Origin: a virus
Virus record (IMG/VR): IMGVR_UViG_3300011894_000001
Coordinates: 1 to 38,282 of that record
Length of the DNA: 38,282 nt
Reading direction: 5' to 3' (one strand)
The position numbers and the translations under genes were made by a program. Below are positions 8,372 through 17,984 of the stretch, one piece after another. The stretch's first letter is position 1, and each line of letters opens with the position of its first letter. The notes under the pieces were generated by a model. It had not been told where the DNA came from. It searched no databases and was given only the letters and a program-made list of their open reading frames with translations.

Positions 8372-9231
8372 TGCAAGCAATCTTAAAATTTGGATCAAAA
8401 GGCAGTGATGTAATTACATTGCAGCAACAGCTTAAAAAGCTTGGTTTTAAAGGCGTTAAAGGGAAAGAACTTTGCATCGATGGTGATTTTGGAGCTTCTA
8501 CCGAATATGCTGTCATTACATTCCAAAAGCAAAAAAATTTGGTTGCGGATGGCAAAGTAGGGGACAAGACGCGCAGTGCCCTTCTGGAACAAAACATCTC
8601 AAAATTGCTTAAAGATAGTGATTATAAAAAAGCTGCTGAACGCCTAAAAGTTTCTGAGTTGGTTATCCGTGTTTTTGGTGCAGTTGAAGGTCAAGGCGTT
8701 GGATTTCTTAAAAACGGGAAACCTAAAATTCTATTTGAACGTCACCGAATGTATGCATATTTACGTTTGAAAAAAGGCACTGAATTTGCCAATAAAATGG
8801 AAGCTGAACGTCCTAATATTGTTAATCGAAAATATGGCGGATATCAGGGAAATGAAGCCGAATATGTTCGTCTGGAACAAGCTAAGCAAATCGATGTTGA
8901 AAGTGCTTTGATGTCAACATCATGGGGACAGTTTCAGGTGATGGGTGAAAACTGGAAAGATTTAGGCTATGGATCTGTCCAAGAATTTGTTGATCAGCAG
9001 TTTGTAAATGAGTCAAACCAGTTAGAAGCTTTCATTCGTTTCATTGAATGGAAAACAGGCATCATTGAAAAGAAAAAAGTTGCTCTAATTGATGCGCTGC
9101 GAGCAAAAAATTGGGATGTTGTTTTCACACTCTATAATGGTCCTAATTATAAAAAACTTGGGTACCAGGCAAAATTCCAAAAGGAATATGATCATTTAGA
9201 ACCACTATATAATGAGACTAAAGCAGCATGA
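8371..9231 (+). CDS. Endolysin: N-terminal peptidoglycan-binding domain + C-terminal DUF3380-type N-acetylmuramidase
   Basis: N-terminus GSKGSDV..LQQQLKKLGF....DGDFG..T..AV..FQK...L..DG.VG..T resembles PG_binding_1. C-terminus with SWGQFQVMGENW resembles the muramidase family. Confidence 0.85.
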   Translation: MQAILKFGSKGSDVITLQQQLKKLGFKGVKGKELCIDGDFGASTEYAVITFQKQKNLVADGKVGDKTRSALLEQNISKLLKDSDYKKAAERLKVSELVIRVFGAVEGQGVGFLKNGKPKILFERHRMYAYLRLKKGTEFANKMEAERPNIVNRKYGGYQGNEAEYVRLEQAKQIDVESALMSTSWGQFQVMGENWKDLGYGSVQEFVDQQFVNESNQLEAFIRFIEWKTGIIEKKKVALIDALRAKNWDVVFTLYNGPNYKKLGYQAKFQKEYDHLEPLYNETKAA

Positions 9232-9728
9232 AAAAACCAGATAGTTTAAGAAAATATCTTTTAGATGCGATTCCTGAACTACGTCGTGATCCTGACCGCA
9301 TCCTTATTTTTGTTGATGATGGTGCGGTTCGGAGTACTTTGGCAAATGGTTTATCATTTGAATATGCATACACCCTCACAATGATTTTAACCGATTATGC
9401 TGGTGACCTTGCAGCAGTCAGTATTCCATTATTGGATTGGGTTCGTATGAATCAATCTAATCTAATGGCCAACCTTGATAACGTTAAATCTGGCATTAAG
9501 TTTGAAGCTGAAATTTTGGCAAATGATAAAGTTGATTTGGCTATTCAGTTGCCACTAACTGAACGTGTGATTGTGAAGCAAACCAGCGAAGGTTTAAGTG
9601 TCGACTATCCAGATGAGCCACGTTATCACAAAGCCGAAGAATCAAAACAAGTCACGCTGTTTGATAAAGATGGATCTGAATTGGCGTCTTGGATTTCAAG
9701 AGATCCTGAGCAAGAGTATTTTCTATAA
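9228..9728 (+). CDS. R: Tail completion protein R (P2 gpR-like)
   Basis: KPDSLRKYLLDA...DPDRILIFVDDG...TLANGLSFEYAYTL..ILTDYAGD parallels the remembered P2 gpR N-terminus. Confidence 0.85.
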   Translation: MKKPDSLRKYLLDAIPELRRDPDRILIFVDDGAVRSTLANGLSFEYAYTLTMILTDYAGDLAAVSIPLLDWVRMNQSNLMANLDNVKSGIKFEAEILANDKVDLAIQLPLTERVIVKQTSEGLSVDYPDEPRYHKAEESKQVTLFDKDGSELASWISRDPEQEYFL

Positions 9729-10181
9729 ATGGCTGAGCTTGAATATCTTTCTGAGCATTTAAATGCTTTATTAGTATCCCTAAACGATGCAGCGCGTCGC
9801 AAAATGGCAATGGTAATTGCACGTAAAATACGTGCAAGCCAAAGTCAGCGTATTACTCGACAACAGAATCCTGACGGTAGTGCTTATATCCCGAGAAAAA
9901 ATTTAAGAAAAAGAAAAGGGCAGATTAAGAAAAAAATGTTCATGAAATTAAAAACAACACGGTTCATGAAAATCGAAAATATTCCTAATGGGGTAACTAT
10001 TGGATTTGATCAACGAGTATCGAGACTTGCCCGAATTCACCAGGACGGATTAATTGATAATTTGAAATATAACGGACGATCTTTCAAAGTCAGATATGCA
10101 CAGCGTCAATTGCTTGGCTTTACTGAAGCTGAAATTGAAATGATTGAAAATGACGTTCTTAACTTTATAGATTCAAAATGA
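9729..10181 (+). CDS. S: Tail completion / virion morphogenesis protein S (P2 gpS-like)
   Basis: L..LL.SL...ARRKM...IARKIR.SQSQRI..QQNPDGS...PRK matches the gpS pattern. Syntenic. Confidence 0.85.
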   Translation: MAELEYLSEHLNALLVSLNDAARRKMAMVIARKIRASQSQRITRQQNPDGSAYIPRKNLRKRKGQIKKKMFMKLKTTRFMKIENIPNGVTIGFDQRVSRLARIHQDGLIDNLKYNGRSFKVRYAQRQLLGFTEAEIEMIENDVLNFIDSK

Positions 10182-10187
10182 ACCCAC

Positions 10188-10208
10188 TTGTATATAACTG
10201 ACATACAA
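10188..10208 (+). promoter_or_regulatory. Late-promoter activator dyad element upstream of V operon
   Basis: TTGTATATAACTGACATACAA lies in the S-V gap, 46 nt before the V start. Confidence 0.7.
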
Positions 10209-10253
10209 AACAAACCAAATGCATTAATCCTTTAGCTGCATAACGATTGCAGC

Positions 10254-10787
10254 ATGAATGCAGAATCCAATCGTCGTCTTGAAAATATGATCCGTCTAGG
10301 ACGTATCAAGACCGTAATACCGTCTAGCCCTTTTCATAAAGTTACAGTCAATTTAGGGGACATCGTAACTAAAGAATTGCGCCTATTAAATTTAAGAGCT
10401 GGTAAAGATTCAACTCATGATTTACCGAGCATTGATGAAGAATGCATTGTATTTAGCCCTTGCGGAGTAATCGAACTCGGAGTCGTTGTTGTTGGTTTAA
10501 ACAATGAAGATTTTCCGACTCAGTCATTAGATCCAGATATTAAATTTAGAGCGTTTGAAGATGGTGCAGTCATAAGTTATGACGTCAAAAAACATGAGCT
10601 TCAAGCAATTCTTCCAGAAGGTGGAACTGTAAAAATTGTTGGCAATCTCGAAGTAGAGGGGGGAATCCATTCCACTTTGGATATTACCTCAGATGCGGAT
10701 GTTATCGCAGGAAAGATAAGTCTAACGAAACATAAAACCTCTGGTGTTAAGGGTGGCGGTGAAACTTCTGGAGGACCAGTACCATGA
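10254..10787 (+). CDS. V: Baseplate spike / assembly protein V (P2 gpV-like)
   Basis: LENMIRLGRI resembles P2 LRNMIRTGII. C-terminus K.SLTKHKTSG..GGG.TSGP is gpV-like. Confidence 0.85.
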   Translation: MNAESNRRLENMIRLGRIKTVIPSSPFHKVTVNLGDIVTKELRLLNLRAGKDSTHDLPSIDEECIVFSPCGVIELGVVVVGLNNEDFPTQSLDPDIKFRAFEDGAVISYDVKKHELQAILPEGGTVKIVGNLEVEGGIHSTLDITSDADVIAGKISLTKHKTSGVKGGGETSGGPVP

Positions 10788-11128
10788 TCTCACGTCATTC
10801 TGGCGTAACAATTTCAGAAATCGAAAGTATAGAGCAATCAATTGAAGACATTGTGACTACTCCTTTAGGGAGTCGTGTCATGCGTGGCGACTACGGTTCG
10901 ATAGTGCCTGACCTTATCGACCAACCTATGAATGATGTACTTGTTCTAAAAATTTACAGTGCAATTTATACACCTGTGACTAGATGGGAAAAACGCATCA
11001 GTATTGAAAATATCAACATTTCCAAGATCGCTTCAGGGCTTATGCAGTTAGATCTTGAGACAGTCCATACCATTACTGGCCAGTCCCTAAATTTAAATAT
11101 TCCACTTCAAATGGGGGCTTCATCATGA
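10784..11128 (+). CDS. W: Baseplate protein W (GPW/gp25 family)
   Basis: 114 aa. The motif E.IEQSI.DI..TP.GSRVMR.DYGS is typical of the gp25/GPW family. Confidence 0.9.
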   Translation: MISRHSGVTISEIESIEQSIEDIVTTPLGSRVMRGDYGSIVPDLIDQPMNDVLVLKIYSAIYTPVTRWEKRISIENINISKIASGLMQLDLETVHTITGQSLNLNIPLQMGASS

Positions 11129-12030
11129 GCGTCGATTTTAGCCAGCTTGCTCCACCTGACATTATTGAAACGATAGATTATGAAGTTATCTTAGCCGAAC
11201 GAAAGGCAGACTTAATTAATAGATTTCCAGATGATCAAAAACCACAGATTACTGAAGTACTTAACCGTGAAAGTGAGCCTTTGACGAAATACATTGAAGA
11301 AAATTCTTATCGTGAAACAGTGTTAAGAAATCGGATTAATACCGCAGCACGTGGCTTATTATTGGCTTATGCGGAAAAAAATGATTTAGATCAACTAGGC
11401 GCAAATTACAATGTTAAACGTCTGATTATTAAGCCTGCAGACAATACAAAAACGCCACCTGTTCCTGCTGTCTATGAATCAGATCCAGCTTTTCGTGAAC
11501 GTATCCAACTTGCATTTGATTCATTGTCGGTAGCTGGACCAGAAGCAGCTTATAAAAAAATTGCGCGTGATGCTGATGGCCGTGTTGCTGACGTTTCAAT
11601 TACTTCACCAATGCCAGCCCATGTTACTTTGACCATTCTGCAAGCGGACTCTTTAACAGGATCTGCTTCCCCTGAGCTTGTCCAGATTGTCGACAAGGCA
11701 GCAAATGCTGAAGAAAAGCGGCCAATAGGAGATCGTGTCACAGTTATATCTGCTGAAATTATTAATTATTCAATTAATGCCAAGCTATACATCGGTAAAG
11801 ATCCTGAAGCAGCAACTGTACTTGCTCAAGCCATTAACAATGTTACTGAGTATGCGCAAAAGCAAAAACGTATTGGTCGATCTATTCGTATGTCTGCAAT
11901 TTATGCAGCTTTACATGTTGATGGTGTAAATAGAGTGGAGTTACTTAATCCAACTGCAGATGTTGTTTTAACTCCAACACAAGCCTCGTTTTGTGAAAAT
12001 ATTTCCGTGGTTATTGGGGGCGTTGAATGA
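11125..12030 (+). CDS. J: Baseplate protein J (P2 gpJ-like)
   Basis: 301 aa versus about 302 aa for P2 J. Syntenic. Confidence 0.9.
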   Translation: MSVDFSQLAPPDIIETIDYEVILAERKADLINRFPDDQKPQITEVLNRESEPLTKYIEENSYRETVLRNRINTAARGLLLAYAEKNDLDQLGANYNVKRLIIKPADNTKTPPVPAVYESDPAFRERIQLAFDSLSVAGPEAAYKKIARDADGRVADVSITSPMPAHVTLTILQADSLTGSASPELVQIVDKAANAEEKRPIGDRVTVISAEIINYSINAKLYIGKDPEAATVLAQAINNVTEYAQKQKRIGRSIRMSAIYAALHVDGVNRVELLNPTADVVLTPTQASFCENISVVIGGVE

Positions 12031-12557
12031 GTAAATTACTGCCTCCTAATAGCACTCGATTTGACCGTAACGTTACGGACGTTTGTGCAAATAGTTTAGA
12101 GCTTCCTGTTCAAATTAAGAGTTTGGCATCAATTGACCAAGCTCCAGATCATTTTTTGTCATTTCTGGCTTGGCAATACTCAGTTGATAGTTGGGATACT
12201 GATTGGCAACCATCACTTCAACGCCAACTAATAAAAAAATCATTTAGACAACATCAAATTAAAGGTACACGAACTGCTGTTCGAGAAGTACTCGCTCAGT
12301 TTGGATATACATGTGAGTTTCAGGAATGGTTTGAAACAGTTCCGAACGGAGTACCAGGTACTTTCTCTTTAACACTGGATCTAAACGGGCTTGAACTTAC
12401 CGACGCAACTTACGCAGAAGTAAACAGGCTTGTCAAAGATGCAAAGCCTGCATCACGTCACCTAACAAATTTAGTTATTAACGTTCAACCGCTTTGTATT
12501 CCTCGTGTTGCTATTGGTTGTCACGGTGCTGAAACAGTCACAATTTTTGTCGAGTAA
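12027..12557 (+). CDS. I: Baseplate/tail protein I (P2 gpI-like)
   Basis: 176 aa, the same as P2 I. N-terminal LLPPNSTRFDR motif. Confidence 0.9.
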   Translation: MSKLLPPNSTRFDRNVTDVCANSLELPVQIKSLASIDQAPDHFLSFLAWQYSVDSWDTDWQPSLQRQLIKKSFRQHQIKGTRTAVREVLAQFGYTCEFQEWFETVPNGVPGTFSLTLDLNGLELTDATYAEVNRLVKDAKPASRHLTNLVINVQPLCIPRVAIGCHGAETVTIFVE

Positions 12558-12562
12558 GTAGA

Positions 12563-15256
12563 ATGGCCACTTATAAAGGTATATTAACCAATAACGGTAA
12601 AGCATTAATTGCTGGTGCAACTGTAAGTAATAAAATCAATTATTCACACATTGCGGTAGGGGATGGCAATGGATCTGTACCTGTGCCATCTGAAACACGA
12701 ACAGCCTTAATTAATGAAAAAGCACGAATTGCATTAAACGTTGTAGAAATCAATCCAAATAATACAAACCAGATCGTTTGTGAAGCAATCATTCCATCTA
12801 ATGTTGGTGGTTTTTATATTCGTGAACTTGGTCTTTATGCTGGAAATACGATGGTCGTCAATGCGAGCTATCCTCCAACATATAAACCATTGGCCGATGA
12901 AGGTGGCGCACGTGAAATTGCGATCAAGATTGTGATCAATATTCAAAATGCTGAAGTGATTGCATTGTATCTTGATGATTCACTCATTTATGCAACCCGC
13001 GAATGGGTAAATAAAAACTACATTCATCGTAATGAATTGATCGATAACTTAACGACAGATGATGCGTCAAAGCCATTGACTGCAAAGCAGGGTAAAGTTT
13101 TAAATGACAATAAATTAGAAAAAACAGCAAATGCAGTTAGTGCATCTAAATTGCAAACAGCGCGGACCATTAGCTATTCGGGTGCAGCAACTGGTTCATT
13201 TAATTATGATGGTTCTGGTAACTCATCATGTATTTTAACTTTGGCAAATTCAGGTGTGGCTGCTGGATCTTATGCTTCAACAATTCAGATTCCGCAGATT
13301 TCAGTAAATGCTGCAGGTCAAATTACCGCAATTTCTCAACAAACCATTCGTTCTGCAAGTACAAGCCAAAATGGGATTGTTCAACTTAACGACACATTAA
13401 CAAGTACAGCAATAGATCAGGCATTAACAGCGAATCAGGGAAAAACACTCAACGATAAACTAAACGCATTAACTGACTATAGTTTGCTTGATAAATTTAC
13501 CCTCGATTTAACTGCCCTTAACAAAGATACCTACTATCCTGTCACCACTACGATCACGGGCAAACGACGAGTTAGATTTATAATTGATACTCTCTTTTCT
13601 TCGTATCAAGCACCGTGGTCTACACATGGCGGTGGTTCATTTTCAGTGTTTGCAGATTGGAATGAGTATCCAGATGCCTGGGGTGGAGATACTGTAGATC
13701 GCAATATTAACTCATTCGGATATCTTTGGAGTTCACAATCTCCCATCCTTGGTATAAATCAAATGGGAGCTAGTTCAAATGCGGTATTCTATGCGCGTGG
13801 TGGAACAAAATATGATGTTTACGTGGCCAAAGGCTGCACCCCAATTATTCGAACGGCTTCGTATTCAGTAAATGGTGAAACGGTTCAACCGATTGCATAT
13901 AACGCGGACTATGTACCTATATCCATTCGACAACAGTTGAGTGCAGATAAACTTGATAAAACAGCAACAGCGGTTGCAGCAAAAAAACTTGCAACTGAAC
14001 AAACATCTTTCACCAATGATTCAGATTTTATTCAGTATTACAAAGATAAATCGACGGCATTTTTTGATAATGGTAGCGGTAAATTTTTCGCGCAGTATGC
14101 GGCTGGCTTAGTTTCATCTCAGATGGATGGTGGAACATTTATTATTTCAACTGACATTCTCACGGGTAAAGCAAAACTGATCAGTTGTGTTGTAAGAGCA
14201 AACGGAACAATTGATTATCTGAATAAAAAAGAATTTGCTTTTACAGATTCAGACATATCAGGAAATTCCGCAAGTTCGACCAAACTTAAAAATACTCGGA
14301 AAATTTTTGGTCTTGATTTTGATGGAACCAATGATGTTGCAGGCAACATAACTACGACAACGGGTATGGTTGCTTCCGATTCATATCATTACATTGATAT
14401 GGGTCGTTATGGTGTTGATCGAATGAATCTTGCAGTTTATGGGGGAATATTCAATTTCATCAATGCAGAAAACGGCAATGTCATAGCTCGATTAAATTCC
14501 AATGGTATTGACTGCAATGCTGCAACCGCAACCAAACTTCAAAACCAAAGAACAATCAATGGTGTTGCTTTTGACGGCACACAAGACATTACCATTACTG
14601 CTGAACAACGCTTAAATGGCGGTATCGGAAACGAATCACAACTGAATGCAGCCTTAACAGCAGGCATATATGTCTGTTCATCCAATAATGGATTGGCTGG
14701 AATATACGGCTATGGATTTTTACAAGTCTATAGATCTGGGGGTGTGATATCGCAAGTGTATTATCCGCATTTTACAGGCGGTAGTAATGAAGTCTTTTTT
14801 GCTGTTCGGCAATCATGGGATAGTGGTCAATCATGGGGTGGTTGGTATTATTCTGGAAAAAATGCAGATTCTGCATCGAAATTAAAGACAGCTCGAAACA
14901 TCGCTATAACTGGCGCAGTTTCTGGCTCTGCTAACTTTGATGGTTCGGGAAATATTACGATTAATACGACCTCAAATAATGCGATTGGTGTGGGACAAAG
15001 CTGGTCAGACGTTACTTCAAGCCGTTCCTCAAATACAACATATACGAATACGACAGGTAAGCCGATTCAAATTATGGTCCTAACCCCGAGTTGGAATAAC
15101 GCAGGATCTTTCGATTTACTCGTAGACGGTATTACAGTCATGTCAATTGGTAACCAAGATGGTTATAACCAATCAAAACCTACTTCTGTACTTATTCCCA
15201 ACGGATCTACATATAGAGTAAATGGCAGTTTTCAAAAATGGAGTGAATTACGATGA
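12563..15256 (+). CDS. H: Tail fibre protein (P2 gpH-like N-terminus, divergent receptor-binding C-terminus)
   Basis: Conserved N-terminus MATYKGILTNNGKALIA...IAVGDGNG. Four copies of the fibre repeat (KL.TAR.I...G...G...FDGSGN). C-terminal GVGQSW.DVTSSR...TYTNTTGKPI module. Confidence 0.9.
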   Translation: MATYKGILTNNGKALIAGATVSNKINYSHIAVGDGNGSVPVPSETRTALINEKARIALNVVEINPNNTNQIVCEAIIPSNVGGFYIRELGLYAGNTMVVNASYPPTYKPLADEGGAREIAIKIVINIQNAEVIALYLDDSLIYATREWVNKNYIHRNELIDNLTTDDASKPLTAKQGKVLNDNKLEKTANAVSASKLQTARTISYSGAATGSFNYDGSGNSSCILTLANSGVAAGSYASTIQIPQISVNAAGQITAISQQTIRSASTSQNGIVQLNDTLTSTAIDQALTANQGKTLNDKLNALTDYSLLDKFTLDLTALNKDTYYPVTTTITGKRRVRFIIDTLFSSYQAPWSTHGGGSFSVFADWNEYPDAWGGDTVDRNINSFGYLWSSQSPILGINQMGASSNAVFYARGGTKYDVYVAKGCTPIIRTASYSVNGETVQPIAYNADYVPISIRQQLSADKLDKTATAVAAKKLATEQTSFTNDSDFIQYYKDKSTAFFDNGSGKFFAQYAAGLVSSQMDGGTFIISTDILTGKAKLISCVVRANGTIDYLNKKEFAFTDSDISGNSASSTKLKNTRKIFGLDFDGTNDVAGNITTTTGMVASDSYHYIDMGRYGVDRMNLAVYGGIFNFINAENGNVIARLNSNGIDCNAATATKLQNQRTINGVAFDGTQDITITAEQRLNGGIGNESQLNAALTAGIYVCSSNNGLAGIYGYGFLQVYRSGGVISQVYYPHFTGGSNEVFFAVRQSWDSGQSWGGWYYSGKNADSASKLKTARNIAITGAVSGSANFDGSGNITINTTSNNAIGVGQSWSDVTSSRSSNTTYTNTTGKPIQIMVLTPSWNNAGSFDLLVDGITVMSIGNQDGYNQSKPTSVLIPNGSTYRVNGSFQKWSELR

Positions 15257-15639
15257 AATATTTTAGAAATCAAAACACTGGCGAAGTATTTGCATTTGAA
15301 GCAGATTTAATTGAAATGACGACTGAAGAAATTGATCGCCATCTTAATCCACAAAACTATCTTTCTGATGAAGAAAAAGAACAGTTGCGACTTGCTGAAT
15401 TTAAGCCTCTTACAAGACGCCAATTTAAGCTTGCGCTCCTTCAGTATGAGTTGTTAGAAAAGGTAGAACAATCTATAGCAGCCATTGAAGATCCAGCGCT
15501 AAAAACACGAGTTCAGATTGAATATAACGAATCAGAAAAGTTTGAGCGTGCAAATGATTCAGTCAAATATATGCTTACTCTTTTAGATATTTCTAATGAT
15601 GAAATCGATGAAATGTGGCGCTATGCAATGACACTTTAA
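15253..15639 (+). CDS. G: Tail fibre assembly chaperone (P2 gpG position)
   Basis: 128 aa, with ATGA overlap to the fibre gene. Position of the P2 G chaperone. Confidence 0.7.
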   Translation: MKYFRNQNTGEVFAFEADLIEMTTEEIDRHLNPQNYLSDEEKEQLRLAEFKPLTRRQFKLALLQYELLEKVEQSIAAIEDPALKTRVQIEYNESEKFERANDSVKYMLTLLDISNDEIDEMWRYAMTL

Positions 15640-15658
15640 AGTAGGGGATTAAGTTCAT

Positions 15659-15679
15659 TTGTATATAACTGATATACAA
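15659..15679 (+). promoter_or_regulatory. Late-promoter activator dyad element upstream of FI operon
   Basis: TTGTATATAACTGATATACAA, 20/21 identical to 10188-10208. Confidence 0.7.
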
Positions 15680-15754
15680 ACCTTACAACATGACTTAAAA
15701 ACTTCAATTTGTAAGCCTGTGATCTGAAAACTAACCAGATTACAGGCTATTTTT

Positions 15755-16927
15755 ATGGCTCAAGATTATCACCATGGTGTCCGAGTTTTAGAACTCAATG
15801 ATGGCACCAGACCAATACGAACAGTATCAAGTTCCGTCGTTGGTATGGTATGTACTGCATCCGATGCAGATGCAACCAAATTTCCTTTAAATACACCCGT
15901 ATTACTTACAAATGTTCAAGCTGCTTTAGACAAAGCAGGGGATCAGGGAACATTAGCACGCTCACTTCAAGCGATTGCTGATCAAACTAATCCTGCCACC
16001 GTAGTTGTACGTGTAGAACAGAAAGCTGATGCTGCAGAACAAACGTCCGCAATCATTGGCGGTTCAGTCAACGGTAAATATACGGGTATGAACGCCTTGC
16101 TTGCAGCTGAAGCACAGCTAGGCGTAAAACCACGAATTTTAGGTATTCCCGGTCTTGATACCTCTCCAGTATCCGTTGCATTAATCGCTTTGGCTCAAAA
16201 GCTACGTGGGTTCGCTTATGTCTCTGCAAATGGCTGTGAAACCAAAGAAGAAGCTCAAGCATACCGCCAAACTTTTGGTGCACGTGAAGCGATGGTGCTA
16301 TGGCCAGACTTTCTTGGCTTTGATACTGCGACAAATTCTTTATCAACTTTTGATGCAACTGCTCGAGCACTTGGCTTACGTGCAAAAATTGATAATGAAA
16401 CAGGTTGGCATAAAACACTGTCTAACGTTGCAGTTAATGGTGTGACAGGCATTAGTAAAGATGTCTATTGGCAGTTGCAAGATCCCGACACTGATGCAGG
16501 CTATCTCAACCAGAATGACATCACCACTCTAATCCAGCGCGATGGTTTCCGCTTTTGGGGTTCACGAACTTGTTCTGAGGATCCTTTATTCGCATTTGAA
16601 AACTATACGCGAACTGCACAAATCCTTGCCGATACTATGGCCGAAGGGCATATGTGGGCTGCTGATTTAGCACTTACACCAGGTCTCGCCCGAGATATTG
16701 TCGAAGGCATTAATGCAAAAATGCGTGAAATGACTCAAAGCAATTATTTGCTGGGCGGTGAATGTTGGTTAGATCCTGCCATTAATACAAAAGAAGTCAT
16801 TAAGTCAGGCAAGTTTTACATCGACTATGACTACACACCAGTTCCACCACTTGAAAACCTAGTATTACGCCAACGAATTACAGACCGTTACCTGGTCGAC
16901 TTTGCGTCACGTGTAACAGCAGGATAA
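15755..16927 (+). CDS. FI: Contractile tail sheath protein (P2 gpFI-like)
   Basis: MAQDYHHGVRVLE...VGMVCTASDADA..FPLN.PVL.TNVQ closely parallels the remembered P2 FI N-terminus. Confidence 0.95.
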   Translation: MAQDYHHGVRVLELNDGTRPIRTVSSSVVGMVCTASDADATKFPLNTPVLLTNVQAALDKAGDQGTLARSLQAIADQTNPATVVVRVEQKADAAEQTSAIIGGSVNGKYTGMNALLAAEAQLGVKPRILGIPGLDTSPVSVALIALAQKLRGFAYVSANGCETKEEAQAYRQTFGAREAMVLWPDFLGFDTATNSLSTFDATARALGLRAKIDNETGWHKTLSNVAVNGVTGISKDVYWQLQDPDTDAGYLNQNDITTLIQRDGFRFWGSRTCSEDPLFAFENYTRTAQILADTMAEGHMWAADLALTPGLARDIVEGINAKMREMTQSNYLLGGECWLDPAINTKEVIKSGKFYIDYDYTPVPPLENLVLRQRITDRYLVDFASRVTAG

Positions 16928-16937
16928 GGACTAGATC

Positions 16938-17456
16938 ATGGCTCTACCAAGTAAATTAAAACTCTCAAACTTATATAACGAAGGTAATTCATATCTTGGC
17001 CAAACTGGTGAAGTCACGTTACCGAAGCTAACCCGCAAACTCGAAAATTGGCGCGGTGGTGGCTTAAACGGCAATATCAAATGGGATGCAGGCCTTGCAG
17101 ATGATGCAAACGAGATGACATGGAAACTCGGTGGTATCGATAAGCTCATCTTAAAACAATGGGGTGCAGCCACTATTGGTGCAATTGGTTTACGTTTTGC
17201 TGGCTCATATCAGCGTGAAGATACAGGTGAAGATATTGCGGTCGAAATCGTAATGCGTGGACGTCATGAGGAAATTGATTTCGGTAATGCGAAAGCTGGT
17301 GACGATACTGAAACCACAGTAAAGACTATTTGGTCTTACTACAAGCTATCTATCGATGGCGAAGTCATTATCGAGATTGATATTCCTGGTGTTAAAGAAA
17401 TCGTCAATGGTGTCGACATGCTCGAAAAACACCGTGCCAATTTAGGTTTAGCATAA
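16938..17456 (+). CDS. FII: Tail tube protein (P2 gpFII-like)
   Basis: 172 aa. MALPSKLKL.N......Y.G....VTLPKLTRKLEN.RG.G.NG matches the P2 FII pattern. Confidence 0.95.
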   Translation: MALPSKLKLSNLYNEGNSYLGQTGEVTLPKLTRKLENWRGGGLNGNIKWDAGLADDANEMTWKLGGIDKLILKQWGAATIGAIGLRFAGSYQREDTGEDIAVEIVMRGRHEEIDFGNAKAGDDTETTVKTIWSYYKLSIDGEVIIEIDIPGVKEIVNGVDMLEKHRANLGLA

Positions 17457-17466
17457 GTTTCCATCC

Positions 17467-17499
17467 CTCTGCTCATACATCATGGGCAGAGTTTTTTTT
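17467..17499 (+). terminator. Intrinsic terminator/attenuator after the tube gene
   Basis: CTCTGC (17467-72) pairs with GCAGAG (17486-91), with inner CAT/ATG pairing, followed by T8. Confidence 0.7.
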
Positions 17500-17520
17500 A
17501 ATTTTTTTTGGAGTAACAAC

Positions 17521-17856
17521 ATGAAAACTTTAGAGCAAGTAGAAAACACTGCAATTATTAACCCTGATATTCAAACAGTAGATTTAGAAAAACCTTTAAT
17601 GATGGGTAGCTTAGAAATTCCTTCATTAGAGATCCGTAAGCCTAATGTCCAAGCATTACAGGGTGTAAAAATCGCAGATCTTCTACAAGGTGATGTAACT
17701 GCGGCTTGTACTGTTCTTCCACGTATTTGTTCACCCGAACTCACAAAAACTCAGATTAACCAACTTGAGCCAGCGGATCTCGCTCAAATCTGCGGAGCAA
17801 TTATTCTTTTTTTGCAACCGAAGTCAGCGCGTGTTCAAGTATTACGCCAACAGTAG
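17521..17856 (+). CDS. E: Tail assembly chaperone E (P2 gpE-like), zero-frame product
   Basis: GGAG lies 7 nt upstream of ATG 17521. The track start at 17482 lies inside the terminator. Position between tube and tape measure. Confidence 0.8.
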   Translation: MKTLEQVENTAIINPDIQTVDLEKPLMMGSLEIPSLEIRKPNVQALQGVKIADLLQGDVTAACTVLPRICSPELTKTQINQLEPADLAQICGAIILFLQPKSARVQVLRQQ

Positions 17857-17984
17857 ATGATGCGATGGCTAATATTGCGGTGGTTTTTCACTGGCCACCG
17901 CAAGCTTATGTAGATATGTCACTTTATCAACTGATGCAATGGCATCAAAAAGCCATTGATCGCAATGGAAACGATGCCACATGA
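17521..17984 (+). CDS. E+E': Tail assembly chaperone E+E' made by programmed -1 frameshift at T TTT TTG (17808-17814)
   Basis: The slippery heptamer is in the correct phase. The -1 frame reads ATEVSACSSITPTVDDAMANIAVVFHWPPQAYVDMSLYQLMQWHQKAIDRNGNDAT, with the conserved FHWPP...L..W motif of gpE'. It stops at the TGA overlapping the T start (ATGA at 17981). Confidence 0.85.

Noticed and set aside
7573-8597. Minus-strand ORFs of 61-81 aa across X, the holin genes and the endolysin start (7573-7758, 7715-7915, 7931-8119, 8352-8597, 8395-8592)
   Set aside because: They are antisense to a tightly overlapping plus-strand operon, with no start signals.
16068-17173. ORFs of 65-116 aa within or antisense to the sheath and tube genes (16068-16418, 16206-16445, 16255-16452, 16931-17173)
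   Set aside because: Shadow ORFs inside the two best-supported genes of the window.
17482-17520. Upstream extension of gene E (track start MGRVFFNFFWSNN)
   Set aside because: The extension is encoded by the terminator T-tract. GGAG plus ATG at 17521 gives a proper start.
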